DNA of 64,000 nucleotides from Escherichia phage AV115. A program made the translations under genes and the position numbers. The notes under the pieces are model-generated. The model searched no databases. It saw only the letters and a list, made by a program, of their open reading frames with translations, and had not been told where the DNA came from. The stretch lies in sequence record OR352945.1. The stretch is one strand, 5' to 3'. This document shows positions 50,780 to 59,693 of the stretch, in pieces (positions within the stretch are counted from its first letter, which is position 1; every line of letters begins with the position of its first letter).

Positions 50780-50815
50780 AATTCATTATACTCCAACCAT
50801 CCTTGGTTGTAAACT
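50780..50815 (-). promoter_or_regulatory. T4-type early promoter
   Basis: Minus strand GTTTAC, 18 nt, TATAAT. Confidence 0.55.
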
Positions 50816-50819
50816 GGTT

Positions 50820-51497
50820 TTATCGCTGTTTTACACTTAACGGGTCAGGATTCTCAGGGACATCTTCAAGGCCAAGCGCATAACGCTGAGCATATTTTAA
50901 CATCAAAATATCTTTAGCACAATCATGAATACTATCATGGGCAACGAATCCTTTTAGCGTACCCATCGGTAATGGACACATACTTAATCCTCGTGTCAAC
51001 GAGTAAGCTTCGATTGCTGTACGAATATCGCGTTGTGCCCAGAATTTAACCGGTTCTAATTTATCGGTATCAATCTCTGGTTCAAGAACACCTTCATCAC
51101 GATAGAGGTCACGAATCAAATCGACCAATATCGGGAAGTCAAAGCTCATACCACGGCACCACATCTGTGATTTCCATTGGTCAACTTTATTAGCTCGGCA
51201 ATAGTCTAAAAAGATTTTAATGCCTTCAAGCGTAGTGACATCGTCTTCAGACGGGGCCAAGTTTTTACGTGCTTCAGCTGATTGTTCTTTCCACCATTTC
51301 ATAGTGGATTTAGCGAAAACTCGCTTCCCTTTCTGAGAAGCTAAATTAAATTTAATTCGCTTACCTCGTTGAACAAGTTCTTCAAATGATTCAACAACTT
51401 CAGGGTCGGAATTATATGCAATAACCGCAAGGTCAATAACAGCCGCTTTTGATGTATTGCCGAATGTTTCAAAATCTATAATAACATCAGTGCTCAT
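50820..51497 (-). CDS. dexA: exonuclease A (DnaQ-like)
   Basis: 225 aa; N-terminal DFETFG exonuclease motif; T4 length and position before dda. Confidence 0.85.
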   Translation of the reverse strand: MSTDVIIDFETFGNTSKAAVIDLAVIAYNSDPEVVESFEELVQRGKRIKFNLASQKGKRVFAKSTMKWWKEQSAEARKNLAPSEDDVTTLEGIKIFLDYCRANKVDQWKSQMWCRGMSFDFPILVDLIRDLYRDEGVLEPEIDTDKLEPVKFWAQRDIRTAIEAYSLTRGLSMCPLPMGTLKGFVAHDSIHDCAKDILMLKYAQRYALGLEDVPENPDPLSVKQR

Positions 51498-51506
51498 AAT
51501 TTTCTC

Positions 51507-52820
51507 TCAAATAAAATGGACGTCAAACCGACCACGAGTCGTGCCGACATACAATAACTGTTTAGCTAATTCTGAATCAGCATAATGGATACACGGTGTA
51601 TAAACAAAGGCCGTGTCAACAGACATACCCTGGGCCTTATGGAAGGTTGATACTGGTAGTGCCTTCACCTTAGTGAACATACGTTTAGCATCCCAGAATT
51701 CGCTCCATGGAGCTTTACCGCCTTTATTCCAGAATTTGTATGTTTCTGCGGTCTTAGCCAAAAACAAATTGAATTTATAAAGCTCTTCTTCAGAAGAAAT
51801 AACCTTTATATCTTCGCGGATGTATTCTTCATCATCCCCATATGTTTCTACTGTAAGATTCCAGTATCGTATCATATATTCGCCCGAAACACCACGTGCT
51901 TTAACGAATGTAGACGTTTCTACAGCATCTCGAATACGAACGAATTGCCCGTTATTGAAAAGCATTTCAGTCATATTTTTGCCATCTAGCTTGTATGTCT
52001 TAGTAAATGGCTCTTGTAGAACAATGACTTCATCTTTAATAAATGGCTTTTCTGTTTCAAGAAGTTTTCGGCGAATAATTGAATTTAACTTGTCCACCGA
52101 CTTATTTGTGAATGCCATCATTCGATTTTCGAAAAGGTCTTCAGGAGTTTTAACGACGTTAAAATAGTTCATCATATACGATTTAAGGTCTGTATATCCA
52201 TGAACACCGTGCCCATCAACTACTTTATCGTAAATCCATTTGCCATTACGAATATCAGTCGCAACATCAATAATTGGTGCATTGCTACGTTTAACTTCTG
52301 TAAGGTTGCATTGCACGAAGTCTTTGTGAGTGAAGAAAGGACTTAGATACGCAGTTGATTCGCCTGGGTCTACCGGTCGAATCTGGCATCGGTCACCAAT
52401 TCCAATTACTGTACACCATTTAGGGATACTAGCTAACATTATTTTAAACAGAGAACGGTCGCACATTGACGCTTCATCAAATAACAGTACACGACACAAG
52501 GCTAAGTCGGGAACCTTTTTCTGTTCAAACAATACGTTTTCTTCGTATGTAGTTGGGTTGATTTTAAGAATGCTATGAATAGTCGATGCTTCTTGACCAG
52601 CAAGTTTGCTTAGAACCTTTTTAGCGGCATGTGTTGGTGCTGCTAAAATAATACCTGATTCTCCAGAAGAAATAAGAGCTTCAACGATAAATCTAGTAAG
52701 GGTTGTTTTACCTGTACCGGCAGGCCCATTAATAGTTACGTGATGTTTCTTTTCTTTAATAGCTTTCATAACAACGTTGAAGGCGTTTTTCTGGCCTTCA
52801 GTCAAATCATCAAATGTCAT
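51507..52820 (-). CDS. dda: Dda DNA helicase (SF1B)
   Basis: 437 aa; near-identical to recalled T4 Dda including GPAGTGKTT Walker A. Confidence 0.9.
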   Translation of the reverse strand: MTFDDLTEGQKNAFNVVMKAIKEKKHHVTINGPAGTGKTTLTRFIVEALISSGESGIILAAPTHAAKKVLSKLAGQEASTIHSILKINPTTYEENVLFEQKKVPDLALCRVLLFDEASMCDRSLFKIMLASIPKWCTVIGIGDRCQIRPVDPGESTAYLSPFFTHKDFVQCNLTEVKRSNAPIIDVATDIRNGKWIYDKVVDGHGVHGYTDLKSYMMNYFNVVKTPEDLFENRMMAFTNKSVDKLNSIIRRKLLETEKPFIKDEVIVLQEPFTKTYKLDGKNMTEMLFNNGQFVRIRDAVETSTFVKARGVSGEYMIRYWNLTVETYGDDEEYIREDIKVISSEEELYKFNLFLAKTAETYKFWNKGGKAPWSEFWDAKRMFTKVKALPVSTFHKAQGMSVDTAFVYTPCIHYADSELAKQLLYVGTTRGRFDVHFI

Positions 52821-53128
52821 CGTAAAGTCCCTGCAATTGGAATACTAACAATACGGCCTGTGTCCAGGATTCGTTGATACAATCTTTGTGTCTCCGCATC
52901 TAGTTTAACGTGTTTCATTTCAAGCTTATTAAACCAGAACTTACGCGGAGTTTCGACCATTCTTAGAACTCCCATTTTTAAATCTGTTTTATACTGTGTT
53001 TTCAAAGTATCGAAAACTTTATCTGCAATATCCTTTCTAAAAAATACTGCAGGACGATGCTCATCAAGTGGAACCGGGACAGTAAATCCTTCCATATCTC
53101 GATAAACTATTGCATATACATAAACCAT
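52817..53128 (-). CDS. hypothetical protein (103 aa)
   Basis: ORF overlapping dda start by 4 nt. Confidence 0.45.
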   Translation of the reverse strand: MVYVYAIVYRDMEGFTVPVPLDEHRPAVFFRKDIADKVFDTLKTQYKTDLKMGVLRMVETPRKFWFNKLEMKHVKLDAETQRLYQRILDTGRIVSIPIAGTLR

Positions 53129-53130
53129 AA

Positions 53131-53436
53131 TTAACCTTTAATCAGTTGGAATAATGATGCGCTAAGTGGTAAGCCACGTTTCAATTTTAATTTACCAATG
53201 AAACCAATCTTTTCAAAACGTTGCAGACCTTGGATAACTTTATCATATGTATCGAAAAGCGATTCAGCGTCAGTTAATTTAGTTTTAGTTTTCCAGTCAG
53301 AGCCTTTAAGAAGAACGTTGAGTTTAGTAAGTTCATGGCCTTCTGCTTGATGTGAGCCATTAATGCGTGCTTTCAAAGCAACAATTCTAAGTTTAGACTC
53401 ATTAGATAAAGGTTGATTTTTCATCATGTTCGCCAT
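53131..53436 (-). CDS. hypothetical protein (101 aa)
   Basis: ORF only. Confidence 0.4.
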   Translation of the reverse strand: MANMMKNQPLSNESKLRIVALKARINGSHQAEGHELTKLNVLLKGSDWKTKTKLTDAESLFDTYDKVIQGLQRFEKIGFIGKLKLKRGLPLSASLFQLIKG

Positions 53437-53606
53437 ATGCTTAACACGGTTTTCACGTTTTGCTCGGATTTTTAAAATAGTACCATAAACCTTTTTAATT
53501 TGGGCCCATTTCTTCTCGTCGAGATTAAGTTTCTCTACTTTACGAGCAGAAGGATTAGCGATACGTCTTGCAATAGCATCACGTTTCTCAATAAGTTCTT
53601 CTAATG

Positions 53607-53876
53607 TTAAATCAGAACGAGCCGTGTTATATTTTTCTTAACTGGGATAACATTACCTTTAATGTAGCCTATATCATTATTAAAACGTTCTAAGGATAAT
53701 TTCTCACCTTCAACAGAGTTATTAAAAGATTCACCTGAGTAAGCGCAGACCTTTTGATCAAGAATGTTTTTAAGGTAATTAAAGTCTAAGTTAAAATCCT
53801 TAGAGCGTCTCTTCGCAGAAGCTCTGGTGTGGTCAAGACGACGATTGATTTTGTTAATTTTATTATTTGATAACAT
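53607..53876 (-). CDS. hypothetical protein (89 aa), possible HNH-like fold
   Basis: Motif SLERFNNDIGYIKGNVIPV resembles a degenerate HNH element. Confidence 0.35.
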   Translation of the reverse strand: MLSNNKINKINRRLDHTRASAKRRSKDFNLDFNYLKNILDQKVCAYSGESFNNSVEGEKLSLERFNNDIGYIKGNVIPVKKNITRLVLI

Positions 53877-54029
53877 AATATTTTCCTCTGTCTTACGGAC
53901 GTTAAGGTCATTTAGCTGATAAGCTTATAATATCATGCCCTCAGGTAGTGTACACTCTTTTTTCGTAAAATGCTTTAATTTTTTATGTGTTATAATGGTT
54001 CTGAGTTCCATCCGGTTATTCCAATTCAG

Positions 54030-54638
54030 TCAGTAACTGACAATAGACAGATTCCAGATTGTATAACGTCCATCTTGAATAATAGAATCTACACGCAGTG
54101 TAGTCCCTATAGGGAGCATAAATTCACATTCGTCAGATATAAGTCTAGCATTAGACCGTCTTGTCGCTTCAGGGAAAGCTCCATTGAACTCACAAGATGG
54201 CGCAGCCAGAATCATGTTAAGCATATGTTCACGGAAGTTGAAAGCAAATGGTGCATCTTTGATGCAGAACATATTAAATGTTCCGTAAAAATTATACGAA
54301 GCAAAGTTACGTGCTACACCGAACACTGGGCTGAAGCTCATTACTCTGTCAAATTTAATAATACTACCAATGCCTTTATCATCGAGTGTGGCCATAGTTT
54401 TCTTAGAGATTCCACGATACATTGTCTCAGGAACAGAAGACGTCCAATTTCTACGAACGATTGAACTTAACTCCTGTTGAATACAGTCTGGCTTGTTTTC
54501 CATACACTGCCAAAGGATGCTTTGTTCATTATCGTTGAATTGACTATCAATTTCGTACTGCAATACATCTTGATATTCGGGGTTTTGAGCACGACGAACC
54601 ATTTCTTCAATTTCACACTCGTTATACGGCATAAACAT
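54030..54638 (-). CDS. ADP-ribosyltransferase (ModA/ModB family)
   Basis: R-S-EXE triad context: YRG, SFS, ECEF; 202 aa. Confidence 0.75.
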   Translation of the reverse strand: MFMPYNECEIEEMVRRAQNPEYQDVLQYEIDSQFNDNEQSILWQCMENKPDCIQQELSSIVRRNWTSSVPETMYRGISKKTMATLDDKGIGSIIKFDRVMSFSPVFGVARNFASYNFYGTFNMFCIKDAPFAFNFREHMLNMILAAPSCEFNGAFPEATRRSNARLISDECEFMLPIGTTLRVDSIIQDGRYTIWNLSIVSY

Positions 54639-54695
54639 TTAGGTTTCTCCTGTGGTTGATAAAGGTATAATATCATCATCGGAAGAGTTTGTACA

Positions 54696-55277
54696 CTAAA
54701 AATTCAACATTTTCAAATGAATGATTTTGTATAATCGAGATAAAGGGTCATATTCTAACTCTTCAATTTTCACAATCTCAAATCTAGAGATACCTGAAAC
54801 CATGTACTCTTGTTCAGATTCAATCATATCTAGGACATCAACACGCGTTTCTTCCATAACATGCTTAGGGTTCTTTCCGGCGAGTACAATGTTAACCATG
54901 TTTTGGTAGTAATCAAAAATGAATGGAGCATTCCTGAGACTAAGAATAGTGTACGTCTGATACTCCCAACTCCCAGAGAATTGACGAGCTGTACTGAAAT
55001 CAGTTGTGAACGATGTTACTCGTCCAGGAGACCAATGGCATCCAACAGAAAGAAGTGAAAGACGTTCTACTTCTTCTGGAGTTACACCACGGTAGAGTTC
55101 TACCGGTACTGTAGAAGTCATATGCTTACGAACAAGATGGTCTAATTCATAGTGGAAATCCGGGTCTTCCTTAGAATCAGTGCAAGCCCAGAGAATGTTT
55201 TGTTCTTGGCGGGTGAATTTGCTATCAATCAGATTTGTTAGGTATTCGCGTTCTTGAAGTTCAGATTGACATGTCAT
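54696..55277 (-). CDS. ADP-ribosyltransferase (ModA/ModB family), tandem paralogue
   Basis: R-S-EXE triad context: YRG, TSFT, SEQEY; 193 aa. Confidence 0.75.
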   Translation of the reverse strand: MTCQSELQEREYLTNLIDSKFTRQEQNILWACTDSKEDPDFHYELDHLVRKHMTSTVPVELYRGVTPEEVERLSLLSVGCHWSPGRVTSFTTDFSTARQFSGSWEYQTYTILSLRNAPFIFDYYQNMVNIVLAGKNPKHVMEETRVDVLDMIESEQEYMVSGISRFEIVKIEELEYDPLSRLYKIIHLKMLNF

Positions 55278-55302
55278 GATAGACCTCCGTTTAAAGATAA
55301 GC

Positions 55303-55334
55303 CTATCATAACACGAGAGGAGGGAATGTAAACT
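55303..55334 (-). promoter_or_regulatory. T4-type early promoter upstream of modB-like gene
   Basis: Minus strand GTTTAC, 17 nt, TATGAT. Confidence 0.5.
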
Positions 55335-55493
55335 ACTTTTTAAGCTTTCCTACTAAAGGACCATCAGGACCAGGTTGTTCTAACATGAATAAGGATGCTT
55401 TAAAAAGCAATGTCAACCCTTTCACCATTCGATACCATGTCTCAAAGTCTTTTTCCTTGATTTCTAGTAAGAATTTCTCTTTCAATTTATCTT

Positions 55494-55682
55494 TCATTTC
55501 CAAGGACTCCATGGTGGAGGGTCGTCATAATAAGAGGCAAGGTCTTTCAGGGCTTCAACAGGTAAACTAAAGCCATGTCGTTGTATAATACTATCTAGTT
55601 CATCAACAAGTTCACTACGATGCACTTTAGGAGCCTCAACTTCAGGCTCGTCAAACATACTCATAAGGTCCATATTATTCAC
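55494..55682 (-). CDS. hypothetical acidic protein (62 aa)
   Basis: ORF only. Confidence 0.35.
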   Translation of the reverse strand: MNNMDLMSMFDEPEVEAPKVHRSELVDELDSIIQRHGFSLPVEALKDLASYYDDPPPWSPWK

Positions 55683-56139
55683 CTAAATAAAAACTAGGCT
55701 GCTCGGAGAATGTTTCTAGCGCTACACCTTTTGTCTTAAAAAATTTCCAAATAGCTCGTTGCAAATGGATTAAATCTGCTAATGATGTAATAAAGTATTT
55801 TTTGGCAAAATACTTATGGTCTCGCTTTTCAAACAAGTCTAAACGCTTTTCAGGATTCACATAAACTGCATTTTCCGTAGATTCATAACCTAAGTCCTTT
55901 ATGCCTTCTTCAAGACTAAACGGAGAATTTTTAGAACGAGTAATAGCTCCAACTCGCTCTACACGAATTTTGTAACCTTTAGGAATCTGCAATTTGCAGA
56001 ATTCTTCTACGATATATTGCGGATTATTTAGACTTTTGTTAATGAGAATAGCTATTTCTAGTGGAGTCTTATCTTCTACTGGTATATGTTTAAACGACTT
56101 GGCTTCAAGCAAATACATTTTAAATAACATAGCATCCAT
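55675..56139 (-). CDS. hypothetical protein (154 aa)
   Basis: ORF in modB-soc interval. Confidence 0.45.
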   Translation of the reverse strand: MDAMLFKMYLLEAKSFKHIPVEDKTPLEIAILINKSLNNPQYIVEEFCKLQIPKGYKIRVERVGAITRSKNSPFSLEEGIKDLGYESTENAVYVNPEKRLDLFEKRDHKYFAKKYFITSLADLIHLQRAIWKFFKTKGVALETFSEQPSFYLGE

Positions 56140-56345
56140 TATAATTTCCTCGGTGGTTCACCCATATAAAGTTTTACGATACGTTCGCCTTCATCTTCGA
56201 CGAGCTTCTCTTCGTGTTTCTGGAATTCTTTAGCCATATTCTCTTCAAGAACATCCAGCCAATCTTCCGGACCGACACCATCGTCCCAGCTTTTAAACCA
56301 TCTTACCACTCTGTTCATTCGCAGCTCCCTGAGCTTGAACCACAA
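56139..56345 (-). CDS. hypothetical protein (68 aa)
   Basis: ORF only. Confidence 0.35.
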   Translation of the reverse strand: MWFKLRELRMNRVVRWFKSWDDGVGPEDWLDVLEENMAKEFQKHEEKLVEDEGERIVKLYMGEPPRKL

Positions 56346-56638
56346 TCAGAATAACTTGACCCAGAATCACCAGACCAAGACGGTACGTATGAATGATTAT
56401 AACTTGAAGAGCTTGAAGCATTAACCTGTTTTGTTTTTGGACGAACAACTTCTTCCATCATCCCGTCACAGATATATTCCCAACTTTTTTCGTGTGTATC
56501 AGGAATAGGCATCATACCTTCGCCTGGTTTAACAGCAAATAACTTCTTCAGCGTCGTAAGCATTAATTGTTCCTCGAACAAAACGAACACCACCATCGCC
56601 CAAACGGATTTCGGCATTAAATTTGACGTCTTCACCAT
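56315..56638 (-). CDS. hypothetical protein with Ser/Gly/Cys-rich C-terminal tail (start uncertain)
   Basis: C-terminus NASSSSSYNHSYVPSWSGDSGSSYSDCGSSSGSCE; upstream part overlaps neighbour. Confidence 0.35.
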   Translation of the reverse strand: MVKTSNLMPKSVWAMVVFVLFEEQLMLTTLKKLFAVKPGEGMMPIPDTHEKSWEYICDGMMEEVVRPKTKQVNASSSSSYNHSYVPSWSGDSGSSYSDCGSSSGSCE

Positions 56639-56756
56639 CCATCATGAATGAGTGTACGACTACATCATCGTAATATCCAAGACCGTATTTCAACGAAACT
56701 TCTTGAGCAATCAAAGCACCTAATGTGTTATTAGGTTTAATCCAACGATTTAACAT
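56529..56756 (-). CDS. hypothetical protein (75 aa)
   Basis: Start moved to ATG 56754-56756 with GAGGAG RBS, downstream of early promoter at 56780-56815. Confidence 0.4.
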   Translation of the reverse strand: MLNRWIKPNNTLGALIAQEVSLKYGLGYYDDVVVHSFMMDGEDVKFNAEIRLGDGGVRFVRGTINAYDAEEVICC

Positions 56757-56779
56757 ATTGTTCTCCTCTTGAGTAAGTA

Positions 56780-56815
56780 AGAATATCTTAACACAGTTTT
56801 TAGTGGTTGTAAACT
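56780..56815 (-). promoter_or_regulatory. T4-type early promoter
   Basis: Minus strand GTTTAC, 18 nt, TAAGAT. Confidence 0.4.
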
Positions 56816-56830
56816 GTAGAAACAAAAAAA

Positions 56831-56850
56831 AGGAATCCCGAAGGATTCCT
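56831..56850 (-). terminator. terminator hairpin after soc
   Basis: AGGAAUCC-UUCG-GGAUUCCU then U-tract on minus transcript. Confidence 0.55.
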
Positions 56851-56858
56851 TAAATTAT

Positions 56859-57095
56859 TTAACCACTTACTGATGTAGGGGTAAACATTGCAGCGTTCTT
56901 AGTTTTCCAAGTTGCTGCATCAGAAACGACATCAGAATAAGCTGCCTTTTCTGACGGAAAGATTTGGTAATGAGAATCTGCAATCCGATGTTCGTTTGAA
57001 TAAATCTCAAACGGTACAGAAACTTCCATACCTTTGACTTCTTTGCCTTCACCAGCCGGACGTGTAAAGGTTTTGATATTAACGTAACCACCCAT
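56859..57095 (-). CDS. soc: small outer capsid protein Soc
   Basis: 78 aa; GYVNIKTF...HYQ.FPSEKAAYS matches recalled T4 Soc; AAGGAG RBS; late promoter upstream. Confidence 0.8.
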   Translation of the reverse strand: MGGYVNIKTFTRPAGEGKEVKGMEVSVPFEIYSNEHRIADSHYQIFPSEKAAYSDVVSDAATWKTKNAAMFTPTSVSG

Positions 57096-57126
57096 AATTA
57101 ACTCCTTTGTTGTTTAATTACAGGTG

Positions 57127-57134
57127 TATTTATA
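57127..57134 (-). promoter_or_regulatory. late promoter (TATAAATA) for soc
   Basis: Exact TATAAATA on minus strand about 30 nt upstream of soc ATG. Confidence 0.65.
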
Positions 57135-57140
57135 ACTTAA

Positions 57141-57662
57141 TCAGTAACCATTATCCTGACGTTCAAAGTTGTGTTGGTTTTTCAAGTAGTAAAGTTTAAA
57201 GATTTCTTCAGCGGAAAGACCCAAACCTTGGAACATATTCAGAACAAAGTGGAGAATATCAATCATCTCGAATTTAATTTCAAGCTGGTCTTCAGGAGAC
57301 AGTTCATCGATACGACGATTACGATATTCAGCATGTTGTGCTTTCCATGGCTTCCACACAGAGCTGGCAGCTTTTTCACCGTTGGACATACCACCGAGTG
57401 AAGTCAGCAGTTCACGGAATTCATCATCAATATAATCTTTCTGATTACGCAGCCAATCAACAACATCACCGGCAGTAGCCAATTCATCAGGATGTTTGTT
57501 ATGTTCAGGCTTGTCATTTGCCAGACGAACCTGTAAAGATTTCTGCATATCAAGCATTACCTGCAGTGGGTCTTTATCTTCGTGAATCAGAGCATTAAAA
57601 TAAGCTTCTTCTGCTTTATCAACACCAGAAATAAGTTGTGAACATTCGTTAAAGTGTGCCAT
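57141..57662 (-). CDS. 56: dCTP pyrophosphatase gp56 (MazG-like)
   Basis: 173 aa from ATG 57660-57662 (MAHFNEC...), AAAGGA RBS; matches recalled T4 gp56 N-terminus. Confidence 0.85.
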   Translation of the reverse strand: MAHFNECSQLISGVDKAEEAYFNALIHEDKDPLQVMLDMQKSLQVRLANDKPEHNKHPDELATAGDVVDWLRNQKDYIDDEFRELLTSLGGMSNGEKAASSVWKPWKAQHAEYRNRRIDELSPEDQLEIKFEMIDILHFVLNMFQGLGLSAEEIFKLYYLKNQHNFERQDNGY

Positions 57663-57751
57663 TATTTTTCCTTTCAATTCAGTATAAGAGAGTTAATTCT
57701 AACATTAATTTTATAAAGCGTAATAAATAATAAGGTAACTAAGGAGATATT

Positions 57752-57949
57752 ATGTTTAAACTTCCATCGTTAATCAACGCTATTAAAGGCAATAAAAAGA
57801 AAACTGCTATCGCTGCAATAGTTGTAGGTGGCATTATTTCATGGAACTTCGGGATTGCACCATTGTTAGTTGCCAATGGTATTATAGTTCCTTCTGTTCC
57901 ATTGGATACTGTAGTTGATTTGGCCTTTGCTATTATAGGGCTTGTTTAA
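57752..57949 (+). CDS. small hydrophobic protein (65 aa) on plus strand
   Basis: AAGGAGAT RBS 6 nt before ATG; two predicted TM segments; sits between minus-strand genes 56 and 61. Confidence 0.4.
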   Translation: MFKLPSLINAIKGNKKKTAIAAIVVGGIISWNFGIAPLLVANGIIVPSVPLDTVVDLAFAIIGLV

Positions 57950-58968
57950 ATCTTCGAATAACGAGATAATCTCATTTTAGCATGCAACCCACTTGAAATA
58001 TTCTGTTTCATATATTCTAAAATTTCTTGTGGTGTTGCATTTTCTTTCATTACCATATCATTCACATCCTTTGAACTCCATGGAGCTCGGTCCCAGAACA
58101 TGACACGTTCGCCTGCATCAACTAATCGCTTCATACGAGCTATAGTATCCGGATGCCTAGGTTCATTATCCATTACCCATACCCGGCGTTCTTTAAATGG
58201 TACCACATCTAAATCTATTGAGCCGCCTGTAATAGCGATTGCATTGGGTATGAATAAACTATCAATAGGACCTTCCATTACCCAGACGTCCCCTTCCTTA
58301 ACACGTTCAACACCATAAATTTTTGTTGCAGACTCAAACGCTTTAATAGTGATATATTTCTGAGGAGCATCTTTACGAAGTGCACGTCCTTGGAATGACT
58401 CGGCCTTCCCATCTTTATTAAAAATAGGAATCACTAAACGCGGTTCAGGAATCTCTTTCTTATACGTACCTGGTTGAATCTTGTTGACCAATTTAGGCCA
58501 TTCTAATGTGAACCATAATCTGTTCCATGATTCTTTAGGAATGCATCGAGACTTAACATATTTCACAATAGGATGCTCTTCAGGCAACTTGTCCAGACGA
58601 GAACAAGACGGCAAAGAATTTATAGTCTTTTTCTCTGGCTCCGGCTTAGCTTCAGGAACCTTTTCAATCTTTGGTTCCATTCTAGCTTTTTCTTTACGAA
58701 CTTCCATTAGATATTCGCGATAAAGCTCTTCATCATACTCTTTTAAGTATCCGGAAATTGTATTGTGGTATTGACAGTTATAGCAATGTACATTACCAGG
58801 AGTACCACCGTAATACCATCCACGAGCTTTCATTGCATCTGTCTGAGAATCGCCACAAACTGGACAACGAAACGTTAATTTAAATGTGCTTGAATTATTG
58901 ATTTGTCTAAAACGAGGGAGGTGAGAAAACGCACGATAAGCAAATTCATTATCTATCCATTCAGCCAT
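57946..58968 (-). CDS. 61: DNA primase gp61
   Basis: 340 aa; zinc-ribbon CPVCGDS...CYNC and Toprim region; near-identical to recalled T4 gp61. Confidence 0.9.
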   Translation of the reverse strand: MAEWIDNEFAYRAFSHLPRFRQINNSSTFKLTFRCPVCGDSQTDAMKARGWYYGGTPGNVHCYNCQYHNTISGYLKEYDEELYREYLMEVRKEKARMEPKIEKVPEAKPEPEKKTINSLPSCSRLDKLPEEHPIVKYVKSRCIPKESWNRLWFTLEWPKLVNKIQPGTYKKEIPEPRLVIPIFNKDGKAESFQGRALRKDAPQKYITIKAFESATKIYGVERVKEGDVWVMEGPIDSLFIPNAIAITGGSIDLDVVPFKERRVWVMDNEPRHPDTIARMKRLVDAGERVMFWDRAPWSSKDVNDMVMKENATPQEILEYMKQNISSGLHAKMRLSRYSKI

Positions 58969-59007
58969 AGTATTCTCCAGAGGCCTTAAATTAATAAGGC
59001 CATCTTA

Positions 59008-59502
59008 TCACAACTTATTAATATTTACTTTAATTCGCTTTCTTTTCTTGGAAGGAATTTGGTCTGGACCTTTATTTACGACTGCACCTGTAGTTGTTCC
59101 TGATGCAATAGCTTGAGGGCTGCCACCTGAATCGCCAGCAACCATATCCTCAAATAAAGGGAGCTCTTTAAATATTTCTTTCTGTTGTTCTTCCGTAATG
59201 TTATAGCGTGAAGCTACAGCACTCCAGGCAGACATCATTGAGGCCATTCCATTAAGACCCGGAACAGTGCTCATCATTCGCTTCATTGAACGAACTGAAG
59301 CATGAAAAGGTGTATACGCCGCTTTCTCTTCAGGAGTGGAAGGGCGTTTAAGAACACTTCCACGTTCATCGATGATTTTGGCTTCATATGCTTTCCATTC
59401 GGTAAAAGGTTTTTGCATTAGTCGAATAAACTTATATGCGTAAACAGAATCTATTGCAGTGTTAATAATACCCATAGGTACCTCCTGAGTATATTTAATC
59501 AA
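59008..59502 (-). CDS. hypothetical protein (164 aa)
   Basis: ORF in gene 61-41 interval. Confidence 0.45.
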   Translation of the reverse strand: MIKYTQEVPMGIINTAIDSVYAYKFIRLMQKPFTEWKAYEAKIIDERGSVLKRPSTPEEKAAYTPFHASVRSMKRMMSTVPGLNGMASMMSAWSAVASRYNITEEQQKEIFKELPLFEDMVAGDSGGSPQAIASGTTTGAVVNKGPDQIPSKKRKRIKVNINKL

Positions 59503-59692
59503 TTACAAAGATTGCTTTGTCACCATTTATATCTGTGACTTCATATGTAGTGCCTTCATACTGTGGAATATTCCAAATTACACCGTCATTAGCTTTTACG
59601 CTAATATGGCATTGGTGTTTTGAAACAACTTCATAATCTTCAAAACTTGTAAAAACACTAATTTTAGAACCAGTGCAAATTGCAGTAGTCAT
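59495..59692 (-). CDS. hypothetical protein (65 aa)
   Basis: ORF only. Confidence 0.4.
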   Translation of the reverse strand: MTTAICTGSKISVFTSFEDYEVVSKHQCHISVKANDGVIWNIPQYEGTTYEVTDINGDKAIFVID

Positions 59693-59693
59693 T

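Noticed and set aside
50755-50796. N-terminal extension of the 165-aa track ORF
   Set aside because: The extension overlaps the -10 element of the early promoter at 50780-50815; the ATG at 50752-50754 with RBS aligns with the paralogue N-terminus.
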